A stretch of DNA of 64,000 nt from NCBI GenBank assembly GCA_045863295.1, contig BTWA01000006.1, positions 1-64,000 on the forward strand, read 5' to 3'. The notes under the pieces were generated by a model. It was not told the origin of the DNA, ran no database searches, and saw nothing but the letters and a program-made list of their open reading frames with translations. Source of the stretch: Candidatus Hydrogenedentota bacterium (GTDB lineage Bacteria; Hydrogenedentota; Hydrogenedentia; Hydrogenedentales; SLHB01). Made by a program: the position numbers and the translations under genes. Position 1 is the first letter of the stretch, and each line of letters starts with the position of its first letter. Shown in pieces: positions 1 through 9,487 of this stretch.

Positions 1-137
1 CTTGACTGCAAAGTAAACACCCGCGCAAGGCCGGGCCTGCATATCAAAGAGTATTTCTCTTAGAATCTGTGTACATCCGTGTAATCTGTGGACGTGTTCA
101 GTCCCCGCCGCCCCGATTATTTCCGCCCCATCCCCCA

Positions 138-229
138 AATGCGCAAACCGCGCAAATCCATCATATACCCTTGTTTCAATCCGCTAAGGAAATGCAACAG
201 AAAGCACAGACTATAGAGGACATTTACGA
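138..229. repeat. 92-bp dispersed repeat; inverted copy at 38837-38928
   Basis: Manual alignment to the reverse complement of 38837-38928: 85/92 identical, no gaps. Confidence 0.9.
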
Positions 230-318
230 CATCGTTCCCAAGTGCATCTGTTCGGGAATACATCACCCCCGTGGTCGATAAGCAGCTTTTGGTACAATGA
301 CCGCTTGGAGGGGGATAC

Positions 319-993
319 ATGCGAGCCTATCTTGCCGCGGCGGCTACGTTGCTCTTTTGCGTCTTGAATCTCACTGCGGCCCGTCTTGACTGGCCGGTGC
401 ATCCCGGTGTCTTCAAGATGCTGGCGTCGACCAGCTTTCTTGCGGCCGCCTGGTTCGCCGGGGCGCGGCATTCGAGATACGGCTTGGCCATCTTCGCGGG
501 GCTATTTTTTTCCTGGTGGGGAGATTACTTCCTCATCGGATCAGGGGACGGCCGGTTTCTCGCCGGACTGGTAAGCTTCTTTCTGGCCCACGTGGTCTAC
601 TGCATCGCCTATGGACTGCGGGGAGCGAATTGGAAACGATCCATCATTCCCATGGGGGCGCTGTTGATACCGGGCGGTTTCGTGCTCCGCTGGCTTTGGC
701 CGGGCATTCCCGCGGACATGCGCATCCCGGTAATCGCGTACATGATCGTCATTAGCCTGATGGTCGCCCTGGCTATCGGGACCACCGGAAAGTCCGGCAG
801 CGCCCTCATCATTCTGGGGGCGATTCTCTTTTACTTCTCCGACATCTTTGTGGCGCGCGCCCGTTTTGTTGAGAGCGGCCCCATAAATAGTCTCATTGGA
901 TTGCCGCTCTACTTCGGCGGGCAGGTTTTGTTGGCCCTGAGCATTGCCTATGTAAAAACCCCTCCAGACGATCAAACTCCGTCGTCTGCCTGA
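319..993 (+). CDS. YhhN/TMEM86 lysoplasmalogenase-like membrane protein
   Basis: Multi-TM ORF with family motifs 'WGDYFL', 'GLVSFFLAHVVY', 'GAILFYFSD' and 'YFGGQ'; GGAGG RBS. Confidence 0.8.
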   Translation: MRAYLAAAATLLFCVLNLTAARLDWPVHPGVFKMLASTSFLAAAWFAGARHSRYGLAIFAGLFFSWWGDYFLIGSGDGRFLAGLVSFFLAHVVYCIAYGLRGANWKRSIIPMGALLIPGGFVLRWLWPGIPADMRIPVIAYMIVISLMVALAIGTTGKSGSALIILGAILFYFSDIFVARARFVESGPINSLIGLPLYFGGQVLLALSIAYVKTPPDDQTPSSA

Positions 994-1107
994 AGCCATT
1001 GTCTTCCATCAGAACGCAATTCCAAATCAGATTAGGCTAACGCTCGACGGTCGTCGTTCGGACACGGTCCCAACCGAGGTACCATGAACCGGAGTGGAGT
1101 TGGGCAG

Positions 1108-1407
1108 CTATTCCCGGTACTCGCCCCGCCAGTATCCGCCGGTTGTCCGCTGATCCGGAGAGATTTCAGGGTCGTCGTACACACGCTTCACGCGGCCTGA
1201 CGTCCGGTTGTAGCGGGTATCGCCTGCATCGAAAATCACCCGCGCATTCGCGGGCCGTGTTGGTGTATACAGAAAATCGTTGAAATTGGTGGGCGGCGTG
1301 CCCGGCATGCCATTACGCGGCCTGCCGCCATTCGGCGTGGCGCACCCCGCCAGCGTGACCCCCACCAAACCCGCCAATACCAAAACCTTCCAACCCCGGA
1401 TCGACAT
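1108..1407 (-). CDS. small hypothetical lipoprotein
   Basis: MSIRGWKVLVLAGLVGVTLAG-C lipobox; GGAGG upstream of ATG 1407. Confidence 0.65.
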   Translation of the reverse strand: MSIRGWKVLVLAGLVGVTLAGCATPNGGRPRNGMPGTPPTNFNDFLYTPTRPANARVIFDAGDTRYNRTSGRVKRVYDDPEISPDQRTTGGYWRGEYRE

Positions 1408-1580
1408 ACCCGCTGACTCCTCCCATGAACTCGTGACTACAATGTCTCGAATGCCAAACGACGTGCAGTGTACGCGAATTCCTTCGGCCACTCCAGAGGC
1501 CGCTCGCCGTATACATTCGTAGTTTGACGCAACTATTGATATCATTGCCCTCGGTTGAAGCGCAAAAAAGGAGGGTGGGC

Positions 1581-2138
1581 GTGCCGGTTCTCGGGATGGT
1601 CGAGTTTGCGGGAATTGCCGCGGGCATTCGCGCCAGCGATGCCATGGTTAAGGCGGCCCCGGTGGAACTCATCGAATCGCGCCCAACAACCCCTGGCAAG
1701 TATATCTCACTCGTTACCGGCGATGTGGCTTCCGTGGAGGCCTCGGTTCGGGCCGGTATCCATGCGGCCGGTGACGCATCTGTTTTGGATTCATTTGTTC
1801 TGGCCAACCTGCATGAACAGGTACTGCCCTCGATACGCGGAACCCAGTCCATGCCCGAATTGGACGCCCTCGGCGTATTGGAATCCACCACGGCGGCCTC
1901 TATAATCAAGGCGGCCGACGCTGCATGCAAGGCGGCTCCCGTCACCTTGGTCCGGTTGCATCTTGCGATGCATATTGGTGGCAAAGGGTATGTTACGTTT
2001 GTGGGATCGGTAGCGGATGTGGGCGCTGCCCTGGAAGCCGGACGCCGCGCTGCGTCAGACCAATGGCTGGACGAGGCCCTCATCCCCAATCCGTATGCGG
2101 AGATATGGGAACACCTGAAGCGCACATTGGACTGGTAA
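1581..2138 (+). CDS. tandem-domain microcompartment shell protein (BMC-T, PduT-like)
   Basis: Two BMC domains: 'LGMVEF..IAAGIRASDAMVKAAPVEL..PGKY..VTGDVASV' and 'LGVLES..IIKAADAACKAAPV..IGGKGYV..GSVADV'; start approximate. Confidence 0.88.
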   Translation: MPVLGMVEFAGIAAGIRASDAMVKAAPVELIESRPTTPGKYISLVTGDVASVEASVRAGIHAAGDASVLDSFVLANLHEQVLPSIRGTQSMPELDALGVLESTTAASIIKAADAACKAAPVTLVRLHLAMHIGGKGYVTFVGSVADVGAALEAGRRAASDQWLDEALIPNPYAEIWEHLKRTLDW

Positions 2139-2150
2139 GGAGATCGAGCC

Positions 2151-2942
2151 ATGTCAAACGCGCCTGTTCTGGATGAATCCATTGCCGAACGCTACTCCCG
2201 CGACGGATTCGCCTTCACCCCATCCATCATACCTGCCGAGTTGATTGCGCGCGTCATACCGCGTATGGACGCCGTTATTCGCGGAGAATTCGCCACAGGA
2301 GTGCCTCCACACGACTATCATTTCAAGCCGGGCGATCCAGACGAAAAACTTCGCAAGGTCGACAACGCCCACTTGTCCGACCCCACTATTTACGAACTGA
2401 TATCCCATCCGGAATTGGGGAAATGGGCGGCTGCCGTCACCGGCGCCACCTATGTGCAAGCGTGGGCCACCCAATTACTCATCAAGCCACCGGCCCCCGA
2501 TCAAGCCAATTCAGCGGGCAATGTCGGCTGGCACCAGGACAAACAGTACTGGAGCTATTGGGATGGCGAGGTGTTTACCGCATGGATCGCGGTCAGCAAC
2601 GTGACCGATCGCTCAGGCTGCATGTGCTTCGCGCGCGGTTCCCACCAATGGGGACTGTTCGAGGTCGGGGACTTTTTCGAAGGTGACATCCATCGGCAGC
2701 GGGACACGATTGCAATGGGATCCGGGAAGGTGTGGAACGAGGCCAAGGCCGTACTTCCCCCGGGCGCGGTCAGTTTTCATCATCGGCTGACCTACCATGC
2801 GAGCGGCCCAAACTTGGAGTCGTTTCCCCGGCTGTCATTTGCGGTTCACATGCGCACCGACATGTCGCGTCCGATTGCGCAAGACTACTATACCGAACAT
2901 TTGGACGATCCAGCTTACTGTCCGGTCATTTACCAACTCTAA
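2151..2942 (+). CDS. PhyH-family Fe(II)/2-oxoglutarate dioxygenase
   Basis: 'IKPP...WHQD' HxD motif, 'TAWIA', 'GSH', distal 'YHASGPN...R'. Confidence 0.85.
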   Translation: MSNAPVLDESIAERYSRDGFAFTPSIIPAELIARVIPRMDAVIRGEFATGVPPHDYHFKPGDPDEKLRKVDNAHLSDPTIYELISHPELGKWAAAVTGATYVQAWATQLLIKPPAPDQANSAGNVGWHQDKQYWSYWDGEVFTAWIAVSNVTDRSGCMCFARGSHQWGLFEVGDFFEGDIHRQRDTIAMGSGKVWNEAKAVLPPGAVSFHHRLTYHASGPNLESFPRLSFAVHMRTDMSRPIAQDYYTEHLDDPAYCPVIYQL

Positions 2943-2970
2943 GTTGAACAAAATGGAGTCTGTGGAGTCT

Positions 2971-3234
2971 ATGATACCGGGACAGGTCATTGGAAGGGTG
3001 GTACCGAATCAGGTCGATCAGGTGTTTTATGGGGTGAAGTTCCTCGTCGTGCAACCCGTGGACGATCACCGCAAACCGGTTGGCAAGCCCCTGGTGGCCT
3101 GCGATAGCGTTGGAGCCAACGTGGGGGAATTCGTGTTCATGGCCCAGGGAACTGAGGCCGCGGTGGCCCTGCCGAACCCGTTCAACCCGGCAGATGCAAC
3201 GATTGTGGCCATAATAGACGACGTCACCCATTGA
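2971..3234 (+). CDS. EutN/CcmL BMC vertex pentamer
   Basis: 'GQVIGRVV...VACDSVGANVGEFV...DATIVAIID'. Confidence 0.88.
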   Translation: MIPGQVIGRVVPNQVDQVFYGVKFLVVQPVDDHRKPVGKPLVACDSVGANVGEFVFMAQGTEAAVALPNPFNPADATIVAIIDDVTH

Positions 3235-3285
3235 CCTTCGCTGATCGTATAGGTACGCATGGGACATTTTATAGTGGGGAGGTCT

Positions 3286-3564
3286 GTGAAATTGAAGATT
3301 GCGCGGGTGGTCGCAAACGTCATATCCACAAAGAAACACCCGTTTTATAGTGGCCAGAAGACCTTCATGGTTCAGCCGCTGAACCTTGAGTACCAACCCG
3401 AAGGCGCGCCGTGGGTGGCGGTAGATAGAGTCCAGGCAGGCATCGGGGACCTCGTGCTTCTGATGCAGGAAGGATCGTCTGCAAGATTCATGTTCAGTGA
3501 CCGTAAGGCGCCGGTCCGGAGTACCATTGTGGGCATCGTTGATGCCGTGGAGTGTTCGGAATGA
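3286..3564 (+). CDS. EutN/CcmL BMC vertex pentamer (second)
   Basis: 'ARVVANVISTKK...VAVDRVQAGIGDLVL...IVGIVD'. Confidence 0.88.
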   Translation: MKLKIARVVANVISTKKHPFYSGQKTFMVQPLNLEYQPEGAPWVAVDRVQAGIGDLVLLMQEGSSARFMFSDRKAPVRSTIVGIVDAVECSE

Positions 3565-4322
3565 TGTCGGAATTGGAATACCGAAAGGCCGTTTGCGAAG
3601 TCGGCCGCCGGATGTACGACAAAAATCTGGTCGCAGCCACCGATGGCAATATCAGTGTGCGCCTTGGCGCCGGCCGCTATTTATGCACGCCCAGTGGGGT
3701 ATCCAAGGGCTTCATGAAGCCCAATGACTTGCTGATTGCCGACGGACGAGGCAACAAGATCGCAGGTGACGGCAAAGTGACGAGCGAGTTCTTTACACAC
3801 CTCGCGGCCTATGAGGAACGGCCGGACATGCATGCGGTTGTGCATGCCCATCCGCCCAAAGCCATCGCATTCACACTGGCGGGCATTTCCATGGAGGAAT
3901 GCGTTTTGCCCGAGGTTGTGTACACCATTGGCGCCATTCCGACAACCGACTACGCCACGCCCGGTACGAAGGAGGGCGCCGAAGTCATTCGCGACCTGAT
4001 ACGCAAGTGTGACGCCATTATGATGGACCGCCATGGGGCCGTAACCGTCGGCATCAACGTCATTGACGCCTATTTCAAGATGGAGAAGATCGAGCACGCC
4101 GCGGAAACTCTTTTGACGGCACGACTTCTAGGAAATGTGCGGACGTTGGAGCAGGACGAAGTCGAGAAACTTCGGCGGGTACGGGAAGCCTATGGCGTCT
4201 CGGGACGAGCGTTTCATTGTGGAACAGGCACTGCAGGTAACACCTGCCCAGGATTGGAACCAAATGCGGAAAATCTGGATAAGGTAATTATTGATACGCT
4301 CCGCGTATTGGGAAGAGGGTGA
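3561..4322 (+). CDS. class II aldolase/adducin family (FucA-like)
   Basis: 'GNISVR', 'TPSG', 'SE..H', metal ligands 'HAHPP' and 'HG'; ATG overlaps the upstream stop. Confidence 0.88.
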   Translation: MMSELEYRKAVCEVGRRMYDKNLVAATDGNISVRLGAGRYLCTPSGVSKGFMKPNDLLIADGRGNKIAGDGKVTSEFFTHLAAYEERPDMHAVVHAHPPKAIAFTLAGISMEECVLPEVVYTIGAIPTTDYATPGTKEGAEVIRDLIRKCDAIMMDRHGAVTVGINVIDAYFKMEKIEHAAETLLTARLLGNVRTLEQDEVEKLRRVREAYGVSGRAFHCGTGTAGNTCPGLEPNAENLDKVIIDTLRVLGRG

Positions 4323-4542
4323 GATTTCGGTACCGCGCCGAGTTCTGCTAGGCTAAGTATGCTCACAACAGAAATAGTGCGAACTTTTCGAGTTTTCTGG
4401 TGTATAAAGTGCTGAAAATATCGAAATCAGCCATAGAACTTCTCAATTTTTACATCGAACGCTTGCGTGTAATACCTCTTTGTCTATAGTATAAAGGCAA
4501 GCGAGGCGAATGTGGTCCCAGGTTTTACGGCATGGAGGGCCC

Positions 4543-5616
4543 ATGGGAGTGGATGACTCAAAGGAAAAAATGCGGCTTTGTCCTACGTGCCGCATGGAGA
4601 TTAGCGTACTCGCGACCAAATGCCGGTTTTGCGGCGAGAACGTGGGTCGTCCGCGCGACGAGGTGCGTGCGCTTTCCATTGACGATCTCGGCGGCGAGAC
4701 GATCAGGCACTATGCGCCTTCAAGTAGCGTGATGGAGGCTATCGAGGCCTTTCGTTCCGAGACCGAGGCCAGTAATCCCCAGGTAGACGAGGGAGGGCGT
4801 AAGTCCATTTTTGGCCGAAAGGGCAAGAAGGACGCTCCAGCCGCGCCCCAATTAAAAGATGGATTGCCGGATCTGGATGAACGCAGCCAGGTGCTTGCGT
4901 CGCTAGCGATGCCGACAGCGTCGACGCCTGCGCGCAAGCCGGTGACCGTATCGCGCCACGCGCAGACCGATTGGATACGCAAGGTCGGCTATTTTGCGGC
5001 CATGGTGGCGGGCATTGTGATTTTGTATTTTGGCAGTGTGCAAGTGCTGGCTATTATCAATCGCAAACCGGCGGAACCGCCCAGGCAGTTTAGCAATCCA
5101 GCGGAAGCGCTGTTGCAGCGCGGCGGCGATTCATTACAGGCCCTTGAAGGAGCGGTAATGGCGCAGAATCGGGAAAAGCATTCCAAGAATGAAGAGATAC
5201 TTCAGAATGCAAGGCAATCGGTTGTGGCTGAAATTGAAAGCTTGTTGAATGCATCCAAGTGGACCTTGGCGGATTTGCGCAAGGCATCGGAGCTTGCGAA
5301 TAAAGCGTTTGACCACGACAAATCGGAAGCCATTGCGGCCTTGAAACAGGAAGCGGACCGGGAGTGGTTTGCCTACAGCATGGTACTCGTCGAGGCGGGG
5401 AACGATGTGGCTACTTTCAAGATAAACAAGCCCAACGCCGCGTTTACGGATGTCACGGAGAAGACCAGTCTCGAAGTGAAAAAGGGTGACGTCATTCTGG
5501 ATCGCTTCGAGGTTTCCTCCATTCGAGCCAATGCAGTCACCGTGATGGACAAGATGCGCAAAGGCCGGTTATTAATTTTCGCAAAGGACAAAGAAGTCGC
5601 CGGCACCGGCGGATGA
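4543..5616 (+). CDS. zinc-ribbon, single-TM hypothetical protein
   Basis: N-terminal CPTC..CRFC; one hydrophobic segment. Confidence 0.65.
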   Translation: MGVDDSKEKMRLCPTCRMEISVLATKCRFCGENVGRPRDEVRALSIDDLGGETIRHYAPSSSVMEAIEAFRSETEASNPQVDEGGRKSIFGRKGKKDAPAAPQLKDGLPDLDERSQVLASLAMPTASTPARKPVTVSRHAQTDWIRKVGYFAAMVAGIVILYFGSVQVLAIINRKPAEPPRQFSNPAEALLQRGGDSLQALEGAVMAQNREKHSKNEEILQNARQSVVAEIESLLNASKWTLADLRKASELANKAFDHDKSEAIAALKQEADREWFAYSMVLVEAGNDVATFKINKPNAAFTDVTEKTSLEVKKGDVILDRFEVSSIRANAVTVMDKMRKGRLLIFAKDKEVAGTGG

Positions 5617-5627
5617 TTCCAATGGAC

Positions 5628-5669
5628 ACGAAGCCCCGCAGCGGGAATGCGGGGCTTCGTTTGTTTTTT
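5628..5669 (+). terminator. intrinsic terminator
   Basis: ACGAAGCCCCGCA / TGCGGGGCTTCGT 13-bp stem followed by TTGTTTTTT. Confidence 0.85.
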
Positions 5670-5816
5670 CCCGCGGCAACGCCGTATCATGATGGCAGCG
5701 TGTTTCTTACGGGGGTCGAAGTCCGCTATTCAGGAGCGGGTCGCAGCCATCCGTTTACGGATCACGCCGGTCTCCCAAAAGTTCACCCGGGACGGGTTAG
5801 CGCGAGGAAAGCAGGC

Positions 5817-6425
5817 ATGAAAATTGGTGTCGTTGCGCAGTGGGTATTGGTTGTGGGCCTGGTACTTATGGCATCGTCGTGTGGGCGCTTTGCGGGTAGT
5901 GGCAAGGCCGCTCCCAATGCCGATCCATCCGCAAGCGCCTCGTCCGATACGGAAGAGGCATTGCGTTCCGCTGTTCAATCCTATGTCAATTCCGTGAATG
6001 CCTCTGGCGACAGCGGCGACGTCGTTCGCGTAAAGCCCTATTTCTACAAACAGTACGAACAATACTCAGGCGAACCTGCCACCGCCGAAATCGAATTCCT
6101 GGAGAGCGATTCTCTCACCACGCCGCGCATTGCGCAGATCACCCTTGAGAAACAGCGATTCGCCACCAAAATGCACCGTAAGAGGGATGATGCCCGGGCC
6201 GACTCTTCCTTTTTCCGCGGCACCGGTGAAGAGACTCTGACCTTTGCCTACCGCAATGGCCGTTGGGAAAAGACGAGCAGCTTGTTCGTTGCGGAGCGGC
6301 TTGAGGAGAACATCAACGGCGAGTGGGTGCCAGTTCGCGAGGAAGTCGAACGTGCCCTTTCCGCCGAAGATGAAGAAGCCGGCTGGTTCAAACGGGCCAT
6401 CTCCACCATTACCGGGCGCTATTAG
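5817..6425 (+). CDS. hypothetical lipoprotein
   Basis: Signal MKIGVVAQWVLVVGLVLMASS-C; AGGA upstream. Confidence 0.65.
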   Translation: MKIGVVAQWVLVVGLVLMASSCGRFAGSGKAAPNADPSASASSDTEEALRSAVQSYVNSVNASGDSGDVVRVKPYFYKQYEQYSGEPATAEIEFLESDSLTTPRIAQITLEKQRFATKMHRKRDDARADSSFFRGTGEETLTFAYRNGRWEKTSSLFVAERLEENINGEWVPVREEVERALSAEDEEAGWFKRAISTITGRY

Positions 6426-6439
6426 GCGGGCTGAGGGGC

Positions 6440-7807
6440 ATGGCCGCGCCCCACGCAGGTCGCCCGACATGCCTTTTGTGGCAAGAGTGGGCTCTTGTCG
6501 TTCTCGCCACGTTGATAGCCATCGCATTGACCTTTCGTCCGGCTGGCGGCGATCATGCGTATAGCCGTCTTTCAACGGTGTATGGCCTAGCCTATAACGG
6601 CACTTGGTTCATCGATCAGCCATCCGGAACTCCTGAAAACCCTTTTGAGGCGTGGACCGTGGACAAAGTCATGGTCAATGGGGTTGTGGATCAGGGGGTC
6701 ATGAAGAACGGGCGCATCATCTCAAGTAAGCCGCCGGTACTCCCGCTGATTATGACGGCCGAATTCATTTTCCTTCGCTCGGTTTTCGGGCTGGAACTCG
6801 GCCCGCCCGGCGATTCGGCGGTTCGCGGCGTCGCTTCCAACAACACCGACACGGTTATACGCATCGTATGCATTTCACTCATGTGCGTCTCATACGGCGT
6901 CACCATTGTGTTCGCGGCCAAGACCATTTCTTTATTCGGGGTCGCAACCGCAGCAAGAGTCTTTCTTGTGGCAGCCATCGCATTGGGTACGCAATTGTTC
7001 TCCTATGCGCCGCTCATTACGAACCACGTGCCGGCCGCGGCCTTTCTCATGGGGGCAGTCTATTTGGCGATGGCCATGTCCTTGGGGGCGCAGCCGCCTA
7101 CCCGAGGCCGTATGTTGGCATTTGGGTTCGCGGCCGGAATGGTTGCCGCGATCGATATCCCCATGACGATTTTTCCTGCGGCTGCGGGGCTGATACTTCT
7201 GAAACGGCACCCCTATTGGGTGCTAACCTGGGCGGTTCCGGCCGCGGCATTGCCGGTGTTCGTGCAGTCGGGCGTGCTACTGGTTGTCACAGGCAGCCCA
7301 CTTCCGGTGCAAATGAGACCCGAGACCTATATGTATGAGAACGCATACTGGCGTCACCCGCTTGGGATTGATGCGCTGGCCGAACCCAAACTGGCCTACG
7401 CGTTTCACATCACATTCGGACGCAATGGGTTGTTTCTACTCTTTCCCGTTCTGTTGCTTGGGCCAATCGGAACGATCGTTGCGTTGATTCGCGGGGAAGA
7501 AGAGAAGGGGATACTGGCGTTGCTGCTGGCCGCATTCGGAATTCTCACACTCTACTATGTGATCAAAACCAACAATTACGGCGGTGAATCGTACGGCTTT
7601 CGCTGGTTTATTGCCGCAATGCCGGTGCTGCTGATCATGGCTGTGCCAGCAGTTCGCCGTTTGTCCAAGCCGTGGCATTGGGCATTGCCCACACTCATGT
7701 TGCTGGTCTCTTTCTACTCATCCTTTGAAAGTACACTGGCCGGTTGGGAATCCAATCGGGAATGGACCGTGAAGACCGGCCTGTTCGAGTCCAGTTGGAA
7801 GCACTAG
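6440..7807 (+). CDS. polytopic membrane protein, GT-C glycosyltransferase-like
   Basis: About 10 hydrophobic segments, 'SSKPP', 'YGG.SYGFRW'; family tentative. Confidence 0.55.
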   Translation: MAAPHAGRPTCLLWQEWALVVLATLIAIALTFRPAGGDHAYSRLSTVYGLAYNGTWFIDQPSGTPENPFEAWTVDKVMVNGVVDQGVMKNGRIISSKPPVLPLIMTAEFIFLRSVFGLELGPPGDSAVRGVASNNTDTVIRIVCISLMCVSYGVTIVFAAKTISLFGVATAARVFLVAAIALGTQLFSYAPLITNHVPAAAFLMGAVYLAMAMSLGAQPPTRGRMLAFGFAAGMVAAIDIPMTIFPAAAGLILLKRHPYWVLTWAVPAAALPVFVQSGVLLVVTGSPLPVQMRPETYMYENAYWRHPLGIDALAEPKLAYAFHITFGRNGLFLLFPVLLLGPIGTIVALIRGEEEKGILALLLAAFGILTLYYVIKTNNYGGESYGFRWFIAAMPVLLIMAVPAVRRLSKPWHWALPTLMLLVSFYSSFESTLAGWESNREWTVKTGLFESSWKH

Positions 7808-7810
7808 CGT

Positions 7811-9379
7811 ATGCATACCCATTGTTCGTATCGTTCACCCAACGTGACGCGCCGGTCCTTTTTGCGACGGACCTCTGCGGCGGGCCTTCTGCCGTTGCTT
7901 TCGATCCATGCAAAGGAATCCGGCGAGCGCCCCAACATTCTCTTTGTCATGACCGACGATCACGCGCAACAGGCTATTGGCGCATATGGATCTGTTATTA
8001 ACCGCACGCCAGGCATCGATAGAATTGGCCGCGATGGCGCGGTGTTTCTGAACAATACCTGCTGCAATTCCATTTGTGCTCCGAGCCGCGCCGCCATTCT
8101 GACTGGCATGCACAGTCATGCCAACGGCCAGCGAACCAACGCCGACATTTTTGATGGATCTCAGTCCACGTTTCCGCGGTTGCTTCAAGCGGCAGGCTAC
8201 GACACGGCGCTTATCGGCAAGTGGCATCTGCGATCTGACCCAACCGGCTTTTCGCATTGGGAGATACTCCCTGGGCAGGGACACTACTACAATCCAGATT
8301 TCTACGGTCCGGACGGCGTAAAGCGGCGCCAGGAAGGCTATGTGACTGATCTCATTACCGAGAAGTCGCTGCAATGGCTGGAAGGACGTGCCGACAAAAA
8401 GCGTCCGTTTCTTTTGATGTGCCAACACAAGGCGCCTCACCGCACATGGGCGCCCAATCTTCGCCACCTGAGTCTATTTGAAGATGCGGACATTCCCGAA
8501 CCGCCTACCCTGTTCGATGACTTCTCCGGTCGCGCCGCGGGTCTCAAAAAAAATGAGATGACGATTGCCTGGCATATGATGCTGGAATACGATCTCAAGA
8601 TGCGGGACTTGAACATACCCGACGAATTGGGGCGCGATTTCGATTGCCCCGAGACGGCTCGCATGACGCCTGATCAATTGGCGAAATGGGATGCCTTCTA
8701 TGCTCCGCAGCGTGACGAGTTTCAAAAAGCCAACTTGAGCGGAGCCGATCTCACGCGCTGGAAGTATCAGCGGTATATCAAAGACTACCTGCGGTGCGTT
8801 GCTTCCGTGGACGAAAGCGTTGGCAGGATGCTTGACTATCTCGATGCAGACGGGTTAACGGGGAATACCATGGTGGTGTATTGTTCCGACCAGGGGTTCT
8901 ACCTGGGTGAGCACGGATTGTATGACAAGCGCTGGATGTATCAGGAGTCGTTGAACATGCCGTTACTCATCCGTTGGCCGGGTAGGATTCAGCCGGGAAC
9001 TCGCGTAGACGCGTTGACCCAAAATATCGATTTTGCACCCACATTCCTGGAGGCCGCGGGCATGGATGCGCCGGACGGAATGCAGGGCCGGAGCCTTGTA
9101 CCGCTATTTCGGGGGGAGACTCCCGCTACGTGGCGTAAGAGCATCTACTATCATTATTACGAGACCGGTGAGCACAACGTGCCCAGGCACGAGGGTGTGG
9201 CCACCGTTGCATACAAATTGATTCACTATTATGACCGGAACGAATGGGAGTTGTTCGACCGTGCGAACGACCCCAGTGAAATGACGAGCGTCTACGACGA
9301 TCCTGCCTACCAAACGATTCGGCAAGCGCTTGCGCGCGAATTGGATGCATTGCGGGAACAATACCGGGTGCCGTCTTGA
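7811..9379 (+). CDS. Tat-exported sulfatase
   Basis: TRRSFL twin-arginine signal, 'PNILFVMTDD', CxPxR motif 'CAPSRA', 'GKWHL', 'SDQG'. Confidence 0.92.
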   Translation: MHTHCSYRSPNVTRRSFLRRTSAAGLLPLLSIHAKESGERPNILFVMTDDHAQQAIGAYGSVINRTPGIDRIGRDGAVFLNNTCCNSICAPSRAAILTGMHSHANGQRTNADIFDGSQSTFPRLLQAAGYDTALIGKWHLRSDPTGFSHWEILPGQGHYYNPDFYGPDGVKRRQEGYVTDLITEKSLQWLEGRADKKRPFLLMCQHKAPHRTWAPNLRHLSLFEDADIPEPPTLFDDFSGRAAGLKKNEMTIAWHMMLEYDLKMRDLNIPDELGRDFDCPETARMTPDQLAKWDAFYAPQRDEFQKANLSGADLTRWKYQRYIKDYLRCVASVDESVGRMLDYLDADGLTGNTMVVYCSDQGFYLGEHGLYDKRWMYQESLNMPLLIRWPGRIQPGTRVDALTQNIDFAPTFLEAAGMDAPDGMQGRSLVPLFRGETPATWRKSIYYHYYETGEHNVPRHEGVATVAYKLIHYYDRNEWELFDRANDPSEMTSVYDDPAYQTIRQALARELDALREQYRVPS

Positions 9380-9408
9380 GCGGCTGGCCAATTGCCTGCG
9401 GTCAAGGT

Positions 9409-9437
9409 TTGACACCATGTTTCCCGAAGTCTAGGAT
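9409..9437 (+). promoter_or_regulatory. sigma70-type promoter of the TetR operon
   Basis: TTGACA-N17-TAGGAT. Confidence 0.6.
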
Positions 9438-9487
9438 TAAATTCCGGTCAGGGTTAGAGTTAGCTACACGCAGTGGGAGATTGCCGC

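Noticed and set aside
64..92. AATCTGTGTACATCCGTGTAATCTGTGG short iterated motif (REP-like)
   Set aside because: Single short occurrence; cannot be assigned without the rest of the genome
319..993. YhhN as an aldehyde-generating member of the BMC locus
   Set aside because: Separated from the BMC genes by an oppositely oriented gene; linkage unsupported
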